This document shows, piece by piece, positions 41,093 through 51,267 of a stretch of 64,000 nucleotides of DNA. The DNA lies in NCBI GenBank assembly GCA_963812155.1, contig CAWETW010000001.1, forward strand, positions 640,001 to 704,000, read 5' to 3'. The notes below the pieces were generated by a model. That model did no database searches. It worked only from the letters and a program-made list of their open reading frames with translations, and was not told the DNA's origin. The stretch is from Vulcanimicrobiota bacterium (GTDB lineage: Bacteria > Vulcanimicrobiota > Vulcanimicrobiia > Vulcanimicrobiales > Vulcanimicrobiaceae). The position numbers and the translations under genes were made by a program. Positions within the stretch are counted from its first letter, which is position 1, and the number at the start of each line of letters is the position of its first letter.

Positions 41093-41374
41093 GTGACTGG
41101 GTTGAACGAGCGCGCGGCTGCCGCAGCTTCTAAGGAAGAACCACTGGATACATCGCCGTTGGCGGCCTTCCGATATCGGGCATTCACGGTCGTGTGGATC
41201 GCGACCGTCGTTTCAAATATCGGCGGGTGGATGTACAGCGCCGCCGCCGGTTGGCTGATGACAAACCTGAGCAAAGATGCGTTCGTGGTGTCGCTCGTCC
41301 AAGTCGCGAGCAATGCGCCTTTGTTTCTTTTTGCCATCGCGGCCGGCGCTCGGCGTGGAACGTTCCTCACATAG
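41093..41374 (+). pseudogene. Truncated MFS transporter (N-terminal fragment)
   Basis: FRYRAFTVVWIATVVSNIGGWM..AAGWLMT...VSLVQ.A...P.FLF...AG, then similarity stops after about 2 TM. Confidence 0.75.
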
Positions 41375-41400
41375 GCTCTCCGCCGAGGTTATAACTAACC

Positions 41401-42675
41401 GTGAAACCAACGTCTTTTGTGACTCTCGCCTTTGCATTGACGGCGCTTGCGACCGGATGCGGCGATCGCAGCGGCGGCCTACCGTTGACGGCCGCGACGG
41501 AACGATTGTCGCCGGCGAACGGGTCGCACTACGTATCGGTTTACAGCTTCAAAGGCGGCAGCGATGGGGCGACCCCGCTCAAGCATCTGCTCAACGAGTA
41601 TGGCGTGCTGTACGGGACGACCTCGGCGGGCGGGACAGGCTCGCTGTGCGAAAACGGATGCGGTACGGTTTTTGAAATTACCACGTCCGGAAAAGAAAAC
41701 GTTCTCTACAGTTTCAAGGGAGGCAGCGACGGCGCGAACCCAGTTGCCGGCCTTATCCGCGTCAACGATCAGTTTTACGGGACGACGCTCTACGGCGGCA
41801 CCGAGAACTTCGGAACCATCTACTCGATCGGCCCGACCGGTGAAGAGAGCGTGTTACACAGTTTCGGAAAGGAGCCGGACGGTAGATACCCTATCGGCGG
41901 ACTGATCTACGTTCGCCACACACTCTACGGAACGACCTACGAAGGAGGCGGGAGCCGCCATTGCGATCGACGTCACGGCGCTGGAGCCGACGCGCCTGGA
42001 TATCCGGGATGCGGATCGGTTTTCGAAGCGACGCTCTCGGGAAGCGAAACGATCGTACATAAATTCAATAACAATCCGGATGGTGCATATCCCTCAGCCG
42101 GATTGTTTTCCGTACGTGGGACGCTCTACGGAACGACCTGGGGCGGCGGCCATTACGAATCGTTTTGTGGTTCTCAGTGCGGTACCGTCTTTAGCATCGA
42201 TAGCGAGGGCCGCGAACACGTCGTCTATCGATTCAAAGGGCCGCCCGACGGGTTTAACCCTACGGCGCCTCTGCTGTTTAATAACGGAGACTTGTACGGC
42301 ACCACGACTGAGGGCGGCAGAGACATCAGCGGTGGTTCCGTTTTTCGGCTGGGATTGAGCGGTCAAGAATCAGTCATCGCCAGCTTCCTCATACAGCCGT
42401 GGTATCCGGGCCCGACCGCCGGGTTGACGTACGTGAACGGCAACTTCTACGGCACCACCGAATACAGTTATAACGGGTCCGCATCCGCGCCGGGAGATGG
42501 CAGCGTCTTTAAGTTGAGCCCTTCCGGTAAACTTACGGTGCTTCACGTTTTCAAAGGCGGAGTCGACGGCAAGAATCCGCAAGGAGCGCTCGTCAACGTG
42601 AACGGTACGCTCTACGGCACGACCTCCGCAGGCGGAACGGCCGGCTTTGGCACGATATTTAAAATAACGCCCTAG
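41401..42675 (+). CDS. Lipoprotein with tandem GloVer/choice-of-anchor-type repeats (beta-propeller)
   Basis: LATGC lipobox; about seven repeats of SF.G..DG..P...L....G.LYGTT..GG....GTVF. Confidence 0.88.
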   Translation: MKPTSFVTLAFALTALATGCGDRSGGLPLTAATERLSPANGSHYVSVYSFKGGSDGATPLKHLLNEYGVLYGTTSAGGTGSLCENGCGTVFEITTSGKENVLYSFKGGSDGANPVAGLIRVNDQFYGTTLYGGTENFGTIYSIGPTGEESVLHSFGKEPDGRYPIGGLIYVRHTLYGTTYEGGGSRHCDRRHGAGADAPGYPGCGSVFEATLSGSETIVHKFNNNPDGAYPSAGLFSVRGTLYGTTWGGGHYESFCGSQCGTVFSIDSEGREHVVYRFKGPPDGFNPTAPLLFNNGDLYGTTTEGGRDISGGSVFRLGLSGQESVIASFLIQPWYPGPTAGLTYVNGNFYGTTEYSYNGSASAPGDGSVFKLSPSGKLTVLHVFKGGVDGKNPQGALVNVNGTLYGTTSAGGTAGFGTIFKITP

Positions 42676-42722
42676 AAATCGTTAGACGTCGGATAAGGAC
42701 GGGCGCTCGATTCCAATGCCGC

Positions 42723-44069
42723 TCATTGGGAAGTCTTACTTTGAAAAGATCGGAACGTCGCGCGAACGTCTTCCGAAAACAGTTGCGGCTGCTCCCACGC
42801 GGCAAAGTGCCCGCCAACGTCGTGCTTCTTGTAATACACAAGCTTCGGATACGCTTTCTCCGACCAGCTTCGCGGCGCCGTGTAGATCTCGTGAGGAAAC
42901 GCGCTCACGCCGGTCGGAACCTTTACGCCCGCCACATTGAAAAAGCCGAGTTTGTTTTCCCAGTAGAGACGCGCCGACGAGATTCCCGTCTTCGTCAACC
43001 AGTACATCGTGATGTTATCCAGAACGTCGTCGCGCGAAAGGCCACCTGGGTTGCCTGCAAAGGCCGGCGCGATCATCTCATAGCTGTCTTTGTCATGATC
43101 GAGAATCCAAGCGGCCAACCCGATCGGTGAATCGAGGAGACCGTAAAGCGTCTGGGGGCGATTCGCCATTTCGACGGCGTACCCAAGGTGATGTGTATAA
43201 AAGTCGGCCAACTGCCGATATGCGTTCAGTTCGTCGCCCGCAAGGCCGGCGGGCGGCGGCGCGTTGGCGATTGCCTTCGCTAAGATGTCGTCGGGAACGG
43301 TTCCCGGCATATTACTGTGAATGGCAACGACGTGGTCCGGGGCGATTATTGCTAACTGTTGCGTTACCGACGCGCCCCAGTCGCCGCCTTGCGCGGCGAA
43401 TTTATCATATCCGAGGCGATTCATCAGTACGACCCAGGCTTTCGCAACCCGTATGGGATCCCAGCCTAGGGCCGCCGGCTCGCCCGAATAGCCGTATCCG
43501 GGAAGCGACGGAATCACAACGTGAAACGCGTCCGACGCGCTAGCGCCGTGCGCCGTCGGATCGGTCAACGGTCCGATAACCTTCATTTGCTCGATGATCG
43601 AACCGGGCCACCCGTGGGTGATGACGAGCGGCAATGCGGTGTCGTGTTTAGAACGAACGTGAATGAAGTGGATGTCGACTCCATCGATCTGGGTGACAAA
43701 CTGCGGCGTCGCATTCAATCGAGCCTCGATCTTGCGCCAATCGTAGCCGTCCGCCCAATAAGCAGCTAGCGCCTGCGTCGTCGCCAACTGCACCCCTTGC
43801 GTATCATCTTGGACCAGCTCCCGTGTTGGCCACCTCGTCGCGGTGATGCGCCTGCGCAAATCGCTAAGTTCCGATTCGGGAACGTTTATGTGAGGAAACG
43901 GACGAATAGCAGCATCGCTACCCGTGCGCTCTGCAACGGTAGTCATTGCGGAATTCCCTTTCGAAGTGCCCGAAGTGCCGTTAGAGTGCGCGCAACCGAA
44001 GATACCTAGGGGAGCGGCGGCGACGGCCATCGCCGCGGCCCTACAGAAGTCATGCCGATCAATCAACAT
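42723..44069 (-). CDS. Epoxide hydrolase (EHN domain, microsomal type) with export-like N-terminus
   Basis: IRPF...DLRRRI..TRWP, HGWPGS, QGGDWG, GGHFAAWEQP. Confidence 0.92.
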   Translation of the reverse strand: MLIDRHDFCRAAAMAVAAAPLGIFGCAHSNGTSGTSKGNSAMTTVAERTGSDAAIRPFPHINVPESELSDLRRRITATRWPTRELVQDDTQGVQLATTQALAAYWADGYDWRKIEARLNATPQFVTQIDGVDIHFIHVRSKHDTALPLVITHGWPGSIIEQMKVIGPLTDPTAHGASASDAFHVVIPSLPGYGYSGEPAALGWDPIRVAKAWVVLMNRLGYDKFAAQGGDWGASVTQQLAIIAPDHVVAIHSNMPGTVPDDILAKAIANAPPPAGLAGDELNAYRQLADFYTHHLGYAVEMANRPQTLYGLLDSPIGLAAWILDHDKDSYEMIAPAFAGNPGGLSRDDVLDNITMYWLTKTGISSARLYWENKLGFFNVAGVKVPTGVSAFPHEIYTAPRSWSEKAYPKLVYYKKHDVGGHFAAWEQPQLFSEDVRATFRSFQSKTSQ

Positions 44070-44184
44070 CGATTCACCGCCTGAGCAAACGCCTGCGGGT
44101 CACCACCAGCGGCGGAAGCCAACAATACCCCGGCTTGGTTAGCCTGTCAAGCAATCTAGTGTGGTCGCAGAAGCACTTCACGCG

Positions 44185-44202
44185 TTGCGCTCAGCGTGAC
44201 AC
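44185..44202 (-). repeat. REP-like half element
   Basis: TTGCGCTCAGCGTGACAC just downstream of the DUF4127 gene stop. Confidence 0.7.
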
Positions 44203-44213
44203 AAGACGCTGCG

Positions 44214-45725
44214 TTAAAGGTTGGGGGCGAGGGCGGCGTCGATACGCGTTTCGAACGTGCGGTTCCACGGGAGGTCGATTTCGAGTGCGGCAATGTGATA
44301 GCCGGGATCGAGCTGTGCGAGGATCGAGACGGCTCGCTGCCATAGCAACGCGCGATCGCGCTCGCTCAACGGCGCAGCGACGGCTCCCGGAAGCAGCGTG
44401 TGGTCGGCGACGTGCTGCGACTCGAGCACCGCGTTGAGGTCGGGGCGAACCTCGTCGTGGAACGCGTAGTCGTCGAGGAAACGCACGAACGTAAACGTTC
44501 GATGCGCGAGGCCGTCGTACGTACCGGCGCGTCTTCCGGCGCCGGCCGCAATCGCCTCGGAGAGCGCCGTGCCGACGGTGTTCGCGTCGGTGTTCCACGA
44601 CGCGTACGCGTCGAGTCGCGACGCCAAGCCCGAATCGAGAAGCCCGCGTGCGAATGCCGCCTGGTCCGCATACGAGCGCAGAAACGAGAGATCGGCTAGC
44701 GCGACTTGTCGCCCGCGCCCCGCTTCGTCACGCATTGCGGTTTGAAACGCAGCGTCTTGAGCGGCGGTCGTTCCGGGAATGCGAAAGAACAGCGTGATGT
44801 CGGGCGCTGCGTCGTCGCGAACGCCCCCGCACAGCGCGATGAGTTGGCCGATCGTCGTATCCACCGGCGCAAACTCGAGCGGATCTTGAAACGCCGCGCC
44901 GTCAGGGGTCGAGTACGCAACCGCGATGCGCGGCGTCCAGTGCGCGCGTCGCGCCAGAGCCTGCGCGACCAGCGACATGCCGAGTTCGTCGGCGCCCGGT
45001 TCGATCGACACGCGATCGCCGAGCCCCTGGTCACGAACCAACGATTGCAGCAACTGCACCTCGCGCACGTGCAGCCCGAACCGGCCGGCATCGTCTTGCC
45101 CGAGTACGAGCCGGTCGAACGTTTTCGATGCGGCCATGTCGAGTAAGTACCGATCGACGGCGAGGTTGCGCGCGCGTGTGGCGATGTATGCGTCGAACGT
45201 TGCTTGCGGTATCGCGCTTTGCAGCCGCTGCGCCTCCGCCGCTTCGCTCGCCAGCGGAGGATCGTGCAAATTCGCATACTGCTGCAGGTATTGCCACACG
45301 GGATAGGCCGCAAAGTAGTCGGTGCCGGCGGGGATGCCCGTCGGTGCCAGCCGCATCACGGTGCCGAAGACGCCGACGAACGCGTCGGGGCGCAGGGCGC
45401 GCGTTACGCGGAGTTGCGTCAGCCGCGATCGAGCGCCGGCGTAGGACGCTCCGGGAACGCGCGAGGCGATCAACCCGCCGTACGCGAGCATGTCCGACGA
45501 GACGACGAAGGCGGCATTTTCCCGCTTACGGCTCGCGCGGTTGAGCCAACGGCCGATCGCATCGGCGTTGCCGGGCGTGAGATAGTGCCCGAGGTCGCTC
45601 GGCGGCGGAGTCGATATCGTGACGCCGGCGATGCGGCCGAGCATGACGGGAAGCTGCGCCGTTACCGGCCTGTCGTCCATCGGTACGAACGCGATGGCGG
45701 CGAGGAGCAGCGCGGGAACGATCAC
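44214..45725 (-). CDS. DUF4127 family protein
   Basis: FVPMDDRPV, SSDMLAYGGLIASR, LGQDDA, PGADE, YASWNT.ANTVG; GTGA overlap with murQ. Confidence 0.8.
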   Translation of the reverse strand: MIVPALLLAAIAFVPMDDRPVTAQLPVMLGRIAGVTISTPPPSDLGHYLTPGNADAIGRWLNRASRKRENAAFVVSSDMLAYGGLIASRVPGASYAGARSRLTQLRVTRALRPDAFVGVFGTVMRLAPTGIPAGTDYFAAYPVWQYLQQYANLHDPPLASEAAEAQRLQSAIPQATFDAYIATRARNLAVDRYLLDMAASKTFDRLVLGQDDAGRFGLHVREVQLLQSLVRDQGLGDRVSIEPGADELGMSLVAQALARRAHWTPRIAVAYSTPDGAAFQDPLEFAPVDTTIGQLIALCGGVRDDAAPDITLFFRIPGTTAAQDAAFQTAMRDEAGRGRQVALADLSFLRSYADQAAFARGLLDSGLASRLDAYASWNTDANTVGTALSEAIAAGAGRRAGTYDGLAHRTFTFVRFLDDYAFHDEVRPDLNAVLESQHVADHTLLPGAVAAPLSERDRALLWQRAVSILAQLDPGYHIAALEIDLPWNRTFETRIDAALAPNL

Positions 45726-46606
45726 AAAACGGCACGCAGCACGCCGTCGTGCTGCGCGAGCAGCGCCTCCGCGGTTTCCACATCGAGACCGCGGCGCTGC
45801 ATCACGACCGCAACCTTCACGCGACCGCTGGTCCGCGCCAGGAGTTCTTCGGCGCGCGTTCGATCGACCTCGGCGATCGCGCACACGAGCCGCAACGCGC
45901 GGTCGCGCAGCTTCTGGTTGGTCGCGACGAGGTCGACCATCAGATTGTCGTGCACTTTCCCGAGGCGCACCATCACGGCCGTGGAAATCGCGTTGAGGGC
46001 GATTTTCTGCGCGGTCCCGGCTTTCATGCGGGTCGAACCGGCGATGGCTTCAGCCCCGGTCGCGAGCACGATGGCGTTCTCGGCGGCGGCTTCCAACGCC
46101 GAACCTTCGGTGTTGACCAGTGCAACGGTGTAAGCACCAATTTCGCGAGCCCGTTCGATCGCACCAAGCACGAACGCGGCAGTTCCGCCGGCGGAGATTC
46201 CGACGACGGCATCGTCCGCCTGCACGTGTTGCGACATCGCGGCGGCACCGGCTGCGCGATCGTCCTCGGCGCCTTCGACGGCGCGTTGGAGCGCTTCGCT
46301 TCCGCCGGCTACGTGCGCCCGCACCGTATCGCCAGGCGTTCCGAACGTCGGCGGCATCTCGGCGGCGTCGAGCGCACCGAGACGGCCACTGCTGCCGGCG
46401 CCCGCATAGTGCAGCCGTCCGCCGCGCGCGATGCGCGCGGCAATTTCGTCGACGGCGGCAGCGATGCGCTGCGTCTGCGCGGCCACCGCTTCGGCCGCGC
46501 CGCGCTGCTCGGCGACGAGCGTGGCAACGAGTTGCGACGTCGCCATCACGTCGAGCCCGGCCGTGTGCAATGCGACGCGTTCGGTTTCGGGAAGTTCCGC
46601 GCTCAC
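45722..46606 (-). CDS. murQ: N-acetylmuramic acid 6-phosphate etherase
   Basis: GAGSSGRLGALDAAEMPPTF, AVEGAEDD, GSTRMKAGTAQK, NLMVD...N.KL. Confidence 0.95.
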   Translation of the reverse strand: MSAELPETERVALHTAGLDVMATSQLVATLVAEQRGAAEAVAAQTQRIAAAVDEIAARIARGGRLHYAGAGSSGRLGALDAAEMPPTFGTPGDTVRAHVAGGSEALQRAVEGAEDDRAAGAAAMSQHVQADDAVVGISAGGTAAFVLGAIERAREIGAYTVALVNTEGSALEAAAENAIVLATGAEAIAGSTRMKAGTAQKIALNAISTAVMVRLGKVHDNLMVDLVATNQKLRDRALRLVCAIAEVDRTRAEELLARTSGRVKVAVVMQRRGLDVETAEALLAQHDGVLRAVL

Positions 46607-47517
46607 GGGGTGCCGTTCTGCAGGAGCGCACGTGCCCGCGCGAGCGCACCCATATACGGTTCGGCGGCATCTTTGACGATTTCGAGCTTCGGCAGCTCGT
46701 TGGCGATACGCGTTTCGATCAAGTACGTCAGAAGGCTGTTGCTCCGCAACAGTCCGCCGGCCCATACGAGCGGAAGAGTGCGGCCTTCGGCGCCGGCGCT
46801 GCGGCAGAGGGCGCGCACGAGTTCGAAGAGTTCGAGCGCCGCGGTTTGGACGATTTTCACCGCAGTGCGCTCGCCGTCGCCGGCAGATGCGATGACGTCC
46901 GGCGCGACCGAGGCGACCGCGGTGACGGGCGATCCCGCGCCGTAAGCAAAACGGCTGAGCTCGTCGAGACTACGGGCGGCGGTGCGCTCGGCCAGACGCT
47001 CCGTCAGCCGATCGTGCGGAACGCGGCCTTCCATCGCGCGGCGCAACAGCCGCAGCGCCGCCGCGCCGATCGCAAAGCCGGAGCCTTCATCGCCGAATGC
47101 ATATCCGCCGCCGCCGGCGCGGAACGATTGCGTGCCGATCTCCGCGTAGGCCGCCGAACCGGTGCCGGCGACGAGCACCATGGCGTCGCCTTGGGGAATT
47201 CCCGCGCGCAGCGCGATGTGCAGATCGTGCGTGACCGCGATGCGTGCCGCCGGGAAGCGCGCCATCAACGCGCGCGTCATTGCGTCGGCGATTTCCGGGC
47301 GCGCGGCCCCGGCAGCGCCGACAGCGATCGCGTCGGGTTCGTCGCATTGCAGCGCCTGCGAAATGATTGCGGCGATCGTCTCCGCCGCCGCATCGACGCC
47401 GCAAATATTGGCGTTTGCGCCCGCGCCCTCGAACGTGCGAGGCGTTTCGTCTCCACGGGCGGCGGCCGCAATCGTCTGCGTGCCGCCGGCGTCAACGCCT
47501 ACGGCGACGCCGCGCAT
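46603..47517 (-). CDS. BadF/BadG/BcrA/BcrD-type ATPase; probable GlcNAc/MurNAc kinase
   Basis: GVDAGGTQT, VAGTGS, GG.GYAFGDEGSG; located in the amino-sugar operon. Confidence 0.88.
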   Translation of the reverse strand: MRGVAVGVDAGGTQTIAAAARGDETPRTFEGAGANANICGVDAAAETIAAIISQALQCDEPDAIAVGAAGAARPEIADAMTRALMARFPAARIAVTHDLHIALRAGIPQGDAMVLVAGTGSAAYAEIGTQSFRAGGGGYAFGDEGSGFAIGAAALRLLRRAMEGRVPHDRLTERLAERTAARSLDELSRFAYGAGSPVTAVASVAPDVIASAGDGERTAVKIVQTAALELFELVRALCRSAGAEGRTLPLVWAGGLLRSNSLLTYLIETRIANELPKLEIVKDAAEPYMGALARARALLQNGTP

Positions 47518-48644
47518 TCGCGCTCCACTTCGGCGAGTAATTCGTGCAGGCGATACGGAGCGATTGCGCCCAACGGCACCGCACGCGCGGCGCCGGTCGC
47601 GCGCGGCACGTTACTCGCGCGGCCGCGCAGCGTCTCGTAACCGAGCACCGCGAATCCAATCGCCTCTTTTGCTTCCGCCGGAATGCCCATCGCGTCGGTC
47701 GTTTCGACGCGCAGAGGCGAAAGCCGCGCGGCGATGCGCCCCATCACATGCCGGTTGCGCGTGCCGCCGCCCGCGACGAACGCGCTCGCCGGCGAGAAAC
47801 CGCGTGCGCGCACCGCATCGGTGAGCGTCGCCGCCGTCAGTTCTGCCAGCGTCGCAAGCCCGTCTTCGAGCGTAAGGTTCGCGAGCGCCGATTGGTGCGC
47901 CGCGAGAAACTGGTCGCCGAATCGCTCGCGTCCGGTGCTCTTGGGCGGCGGCTGCGCGAAATACGGATCGGAGAGCATCGCGGCGAGCACGCCGGCGTCG
48001 ACACGCCCGGCCGCCGCCAGCGCGCCGTCGCGATCCATCGGCATTGCGCCGCCGGTGCGGGCACGAACGAACGCATCGAGCAGCATGTTGCCGGGGCCGG
48101 TGTCGAACGCCGTCACGCTTCCGTCGCCACGGAGCAGCGTCACGTTTGCGATGCCGCCGAGGTTGATGGCGACGCGGTCTTCATCGGCGCGTGCGAAAAG
48201 CAGGGCGTCGACGTACGGAATCAACGGCGCGCCGTGGCCGCCGGCCGCGCAATCGGCGCTGCGAAAATCGTAGCATACCGTCGCCCGCAGGCGTTCGCGG
48301 ATGACGAAGGCGTCACCCATTTGCAGCGTCGTCGAGTTGGGGCCGTCGTGGAAAAGCGTCTGCCCGTGCGAGGCGACGAAACCGATCGCATGCGCGCCCG
48401 CGACGCTCTGCGCCGCACCTGCGAACGCCTCGCCGAGCGCGCGATGCAGCCGCGCCGCATCGGCCACCGTGCCGATGTTGGGCGGCATCGCGGCCCGCAA
48501 CCGTGCGAGCAACCCTTCGTCGAAGGGGTGCGTTTCGAATTGCAGGAGCTCGAGCGCGTAGGTATCGCCGCGCGGAACGATCTCGACGAGCGCGGCATCA
48601 ACGCCGTCGAGCGACGTTCCGCTCATCAACCCGATCGCGATCAT
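47499..48644 (-). CDS. anmK: Anhydro-N-acetylmuramic acid kinase
   Basis: GLMSGTSLDGVD, SHGQT, DFR..D.AAGG.GAPL, NLGGIAN, FDTGPGN, PKSTGRE. Confidence 0.95.
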   Translation of the reverse strand: MIAIGLMSGTSLDGVDAALVEIVPRGDTYALELLQFETHPFDEGLLARLRAAMPPNIGTVADAARLHRALGEAFAGAAQSVAGAHAIGFVASHGQTLFHDGPNSTTLQMGDAFVIRERLRATVCYDFRSADCAAGGHGAPLIPYVDALLFARADEDRVAINLGGIANVTLLRGDGSVTAFDTGPGNMLLDAFVRARTGGAMPMDRDGALAAAGRVDAGVLAAMLSDPYFAQPPPKSTGRERFGDQFLAAHQSALANLTLEDGLATLAELTAATLTDAVRARGFSPASAFVAGGGTRNRHVMGRIAARLSPLRVETTDAMGIPAEAKEAIGFAVLGYETLRGRASNVPRATGAARAVPLGAIAPYRLHELLAEVERECAASP

Positions 48645-49748
48645 CGTGCGGATTCCAGAGCGTCAACGACGGCTTCGTAAAACGCCGCGCGCGTGTCGCG
48701 CGTATCGTAACGTCCGAAGTACACGGAGTTGGTCAGCAGCACGGCTTGGAGGTCGCGCACTGGATCGGCCCACACGCACGTGCCGACGAAGCCGGTGTGT
48801 CCGAAACTCGAGCGGTCCATCAATCGACCGCACGAATTCTCATCGTTGGTCTTGAGCGCCCAGCCCAAACCGCGACGCAGCACCGGGTCGTAGGCCTGTT
48901 CGCGCACCGCCTCGCGCACGAGTTCAACGTCGAGCAAAGCGTTCGCTCGACCGCGCAGCGGACCGAGATAGGCCTCCGTCAGCAACGCAACGTCGCGTGC
49001 GGTGCCGAACAAGCCGGCGTGTCCGGCGACGCCGTTCATCAAATACGTCTTTTCGTCGTGCACGAAACCTTGCACGCGGCCGCGCCAGTCGTCTTCTTCC
49101 GTCGCCGGGATCGACGCGCGCTCGCTCGCACGCGGGCGAAATCCCAACGATGGCGATGCGAACGTTTCGCGCACCAATTCGGGGAGGCTGGTTCCGGTCA
49201 CACGTTCGACGAGCACGCCAAGCGCGATGAAGCCCAGATCGCTGTAGATCACGCGTTCGCCCGGTCGTGCAACGAGATCGCGTTCGAGCGCGAAACGTTC
49301 GACGTTTTCGCTCGCGATGGTGCGATAGTCGGCGCCCGAGTTCATTCCGGACGTATGGTCGAGCAGCATGCGCATGCGTGATGGCGGCGTGCGCGTCCTT
49401 CGACTGCGCCGCTTCGCGGCTTCGCTCAGGATGACACCCTTGAGCGTTTCGCTCCACAGGTGAGTGACGGGCTTGAGCGTTTCGCACGGCAAGTGAGTCG
49501 TCGAGGGTCAAGCGTTCCGCGGCGACGAGGCGGAGCGCAACGGTGCTAACGAAGAGTTTCGTCAGCGATGCGAGATCGAAGCGTGTATCGACGTACACCG
49601 GACGCGCAAGCCCGTCGGCGCGCGTCGTGCCGTAGGCGCGTTCGAATACGACGGTGCCGTGCGATTCAATGCGCGCGACTGCACCGGTGAATTCACTGCC
49701 GCAGGCATCACGCAATACTCGGTCGACGCCCTCGAAGCGATCAGGCAT
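48641..49748 (-). CDS. Serine hydrolase (beta-lactamase class C-like); +1 frameshift near 49377; REP insert
   Basis: FDLASLTK (SxxK), LLDHTSGM, YSDLG, GHAGLF, GHTGFVG; ORFs 48924-49943 and 48641-49492 join at IT-x-RMLLDH. Confidence 0.88.
49395..49437 (-). repeat. REP-like element inside the serine hydrolase gene
   Basis: GTGTCATCCTGAGCGAAGCCGCGAAGCGGCGCAGTCGAAGGAC; reads CHPERSREAAQSKD in the gene's frame. Confidence 0.9.
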
Positions 49749-51267
49749 CGAGCGTAGACGCGTCGCCGGAATCGAGATCGACGGGCATACGCCCTTGCGG
49801 AAGGGTGCCGCCGAAGAGCACGTCGGCGAGCCCGCCGATCGCGGCCGCGTCGTCGCCGTAGGCGGCCAGCACGTGGCGGGCGCGCGCGAAGAGCGGCACG
49901 TCGAACGGCTCGAGCATCGAAACGACGAGCGCGTCGTGCGCATCGGCGAGAATGCGGTCGATCGCGGCCGCCTGCGCGTCGTGCAAATGCGCGCGTCGTG
50001 CCAGGATCAGCGCACGCCGGCCGCTTTGGCGAATCGCGCGCAATGCCGCTTCGACTTCTTCCGCTGCCGGATCCAGCGGCAGCTTCAGTTCTGAAAGCGC
50101 CGGAGACTCGTGGCGTAACGATTCGCGTGCCCGCGTGCCGGCTACGTTGATGCCTTCAAGATGGTCGCCTTCGAACGAAACGGCGATCGCGGCCAACGGA
50201 TCGACGTGCGCGAATCCACGCACCAGCGTCACGCCGCGGCGGGCGATTTCGCGGCCGACGCCGGGATGCGGCGGAAACGCATCGAGCGGAATCGGCGGTT
50301 GGGCGGCGCGCCGCAGTGCCGCAACGCGCGTAAAGGCTTCTTCCAGCCGTCCGCGCGGAAGCGTTGCATCGGTCACCGCACGTTCGATCGCAGCGACGAT
50401 CTCGAGCGCGAGCGCGAGACTGCGGCTAACGAGCAACACGTCGGCACCCGCCGCGAGTGCCGCAACCGCATTATCGACCGTGCCGCCGCGCCCGTCGAGC
50501 GCCGACATCTGCAGGCAATCGGTGACGAATGCGCCGTCGAATCCGAGCTCGCCGCGCAAAAGGCCGCCAATGACGAGTTCTGACGAGGTTGCGGGATTCA
50601 CGGCGTCGAGCGCCGTCGCGACGACGTGCGCGCCCATGATCGCGGGAGCGTTCCGCGCGACCGCAGCGAACGGAACGACGTCGCGCGCGCGCAGCGTTTG
50701 CGCATCGTCCCTCACCAACGGCAGCGCTTCGTGCGAATCGGTCGCCGTCGCGCCATGGCCGGTAAAGTGTTTGTAGCACGGGACGACGCCGCCGCGCAGC
50801 AGACCGGCGGCGTACGCCGATCCGAGCGCAGCAACGGCGTCGGGCCGCGAGCCCAACGAGCGCGTGCCGATCACGGTGTTGCCTGCGTGCAACGCGAGAT
50901 CGAGTACCGGCGCAAAGTTCATCGTGCAGCCGGCGCGCCGCAAATCGAACGCGACCTGTTCTCCGGCGCGACCCGCGAGTTCGAGATCGTCCGCTGCGCC
51001 GAGCGACATCATCGACGGCATCGGCTCGACTCCGTCGCGCAGCCGCACGACGCGGCCGCCCTCCTGATCGATCGCGATCGCGGGCGCGGTTCCGTCGTCG
51101 AACGCGCGCTCGCGCAGCCGATCGGTGAGCGCGCGCACGTGCGGCAGCGACGACGCATTACGCGCAAACAACACGTAGCCGCCCATCAACGGCAGCGACG
51201 GATCGAACGTCTCGCCTTCGAATCCGCAAAACACGACGCCGCGTGCGAGCGCGTTGAGGCCGTTCAT
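49741..51267 (-). CDS. nagZ: Beta-N-acetylhexosaminidase (GH3)
   Basis: IDQEGGRV.RL, NFAPVLD, KHFTGHG...DSH, TDCLQM; GH3 C-terminal domain. Confidence 0.92.
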   Translation of the reverse strand: MNGLNALARGVVFCGFEGETFDPSLPLMGGYVLFARNASSLPHVRALTDRLRERAFDDGTAPAIAIDQEGGRVVRLRDGVEPMPSMMSLGAADDLELAGRAGEQVAFDLRRAGCTMNFAPVLDLALHAGNTVIGTRSLGSRPDAVAALGSAYAAGLLRGGVVPCYKHFTGHGATATDSHEALPLVRDDAQTLRARDVVPFAAVARNAPAIMGAHVVATALDAVNPATSSELVIGGLLRGELGFDGAFVTDCLQMSALDGRGGTVDNAVAALAAGADVLLVSRSLALALEIVAAIERAVTDATLPRGRLEEAFTRVAALRRAAQPPIPLDAFPPHPGVGREIARRGVTLVRGFAHVDPLAAIAVSFEGDHLEGINVAGTRARESLRHESPALSELKLPLDPAAEEVEAALRAIRQSGRRALILARRAHLHDAQAAAIDRILADAHDALVVSMLEPFDVPLFARARHVLAAYGDDAAAIGGLADVLFGGTLPQGRMPVDLDSGDASTLDA

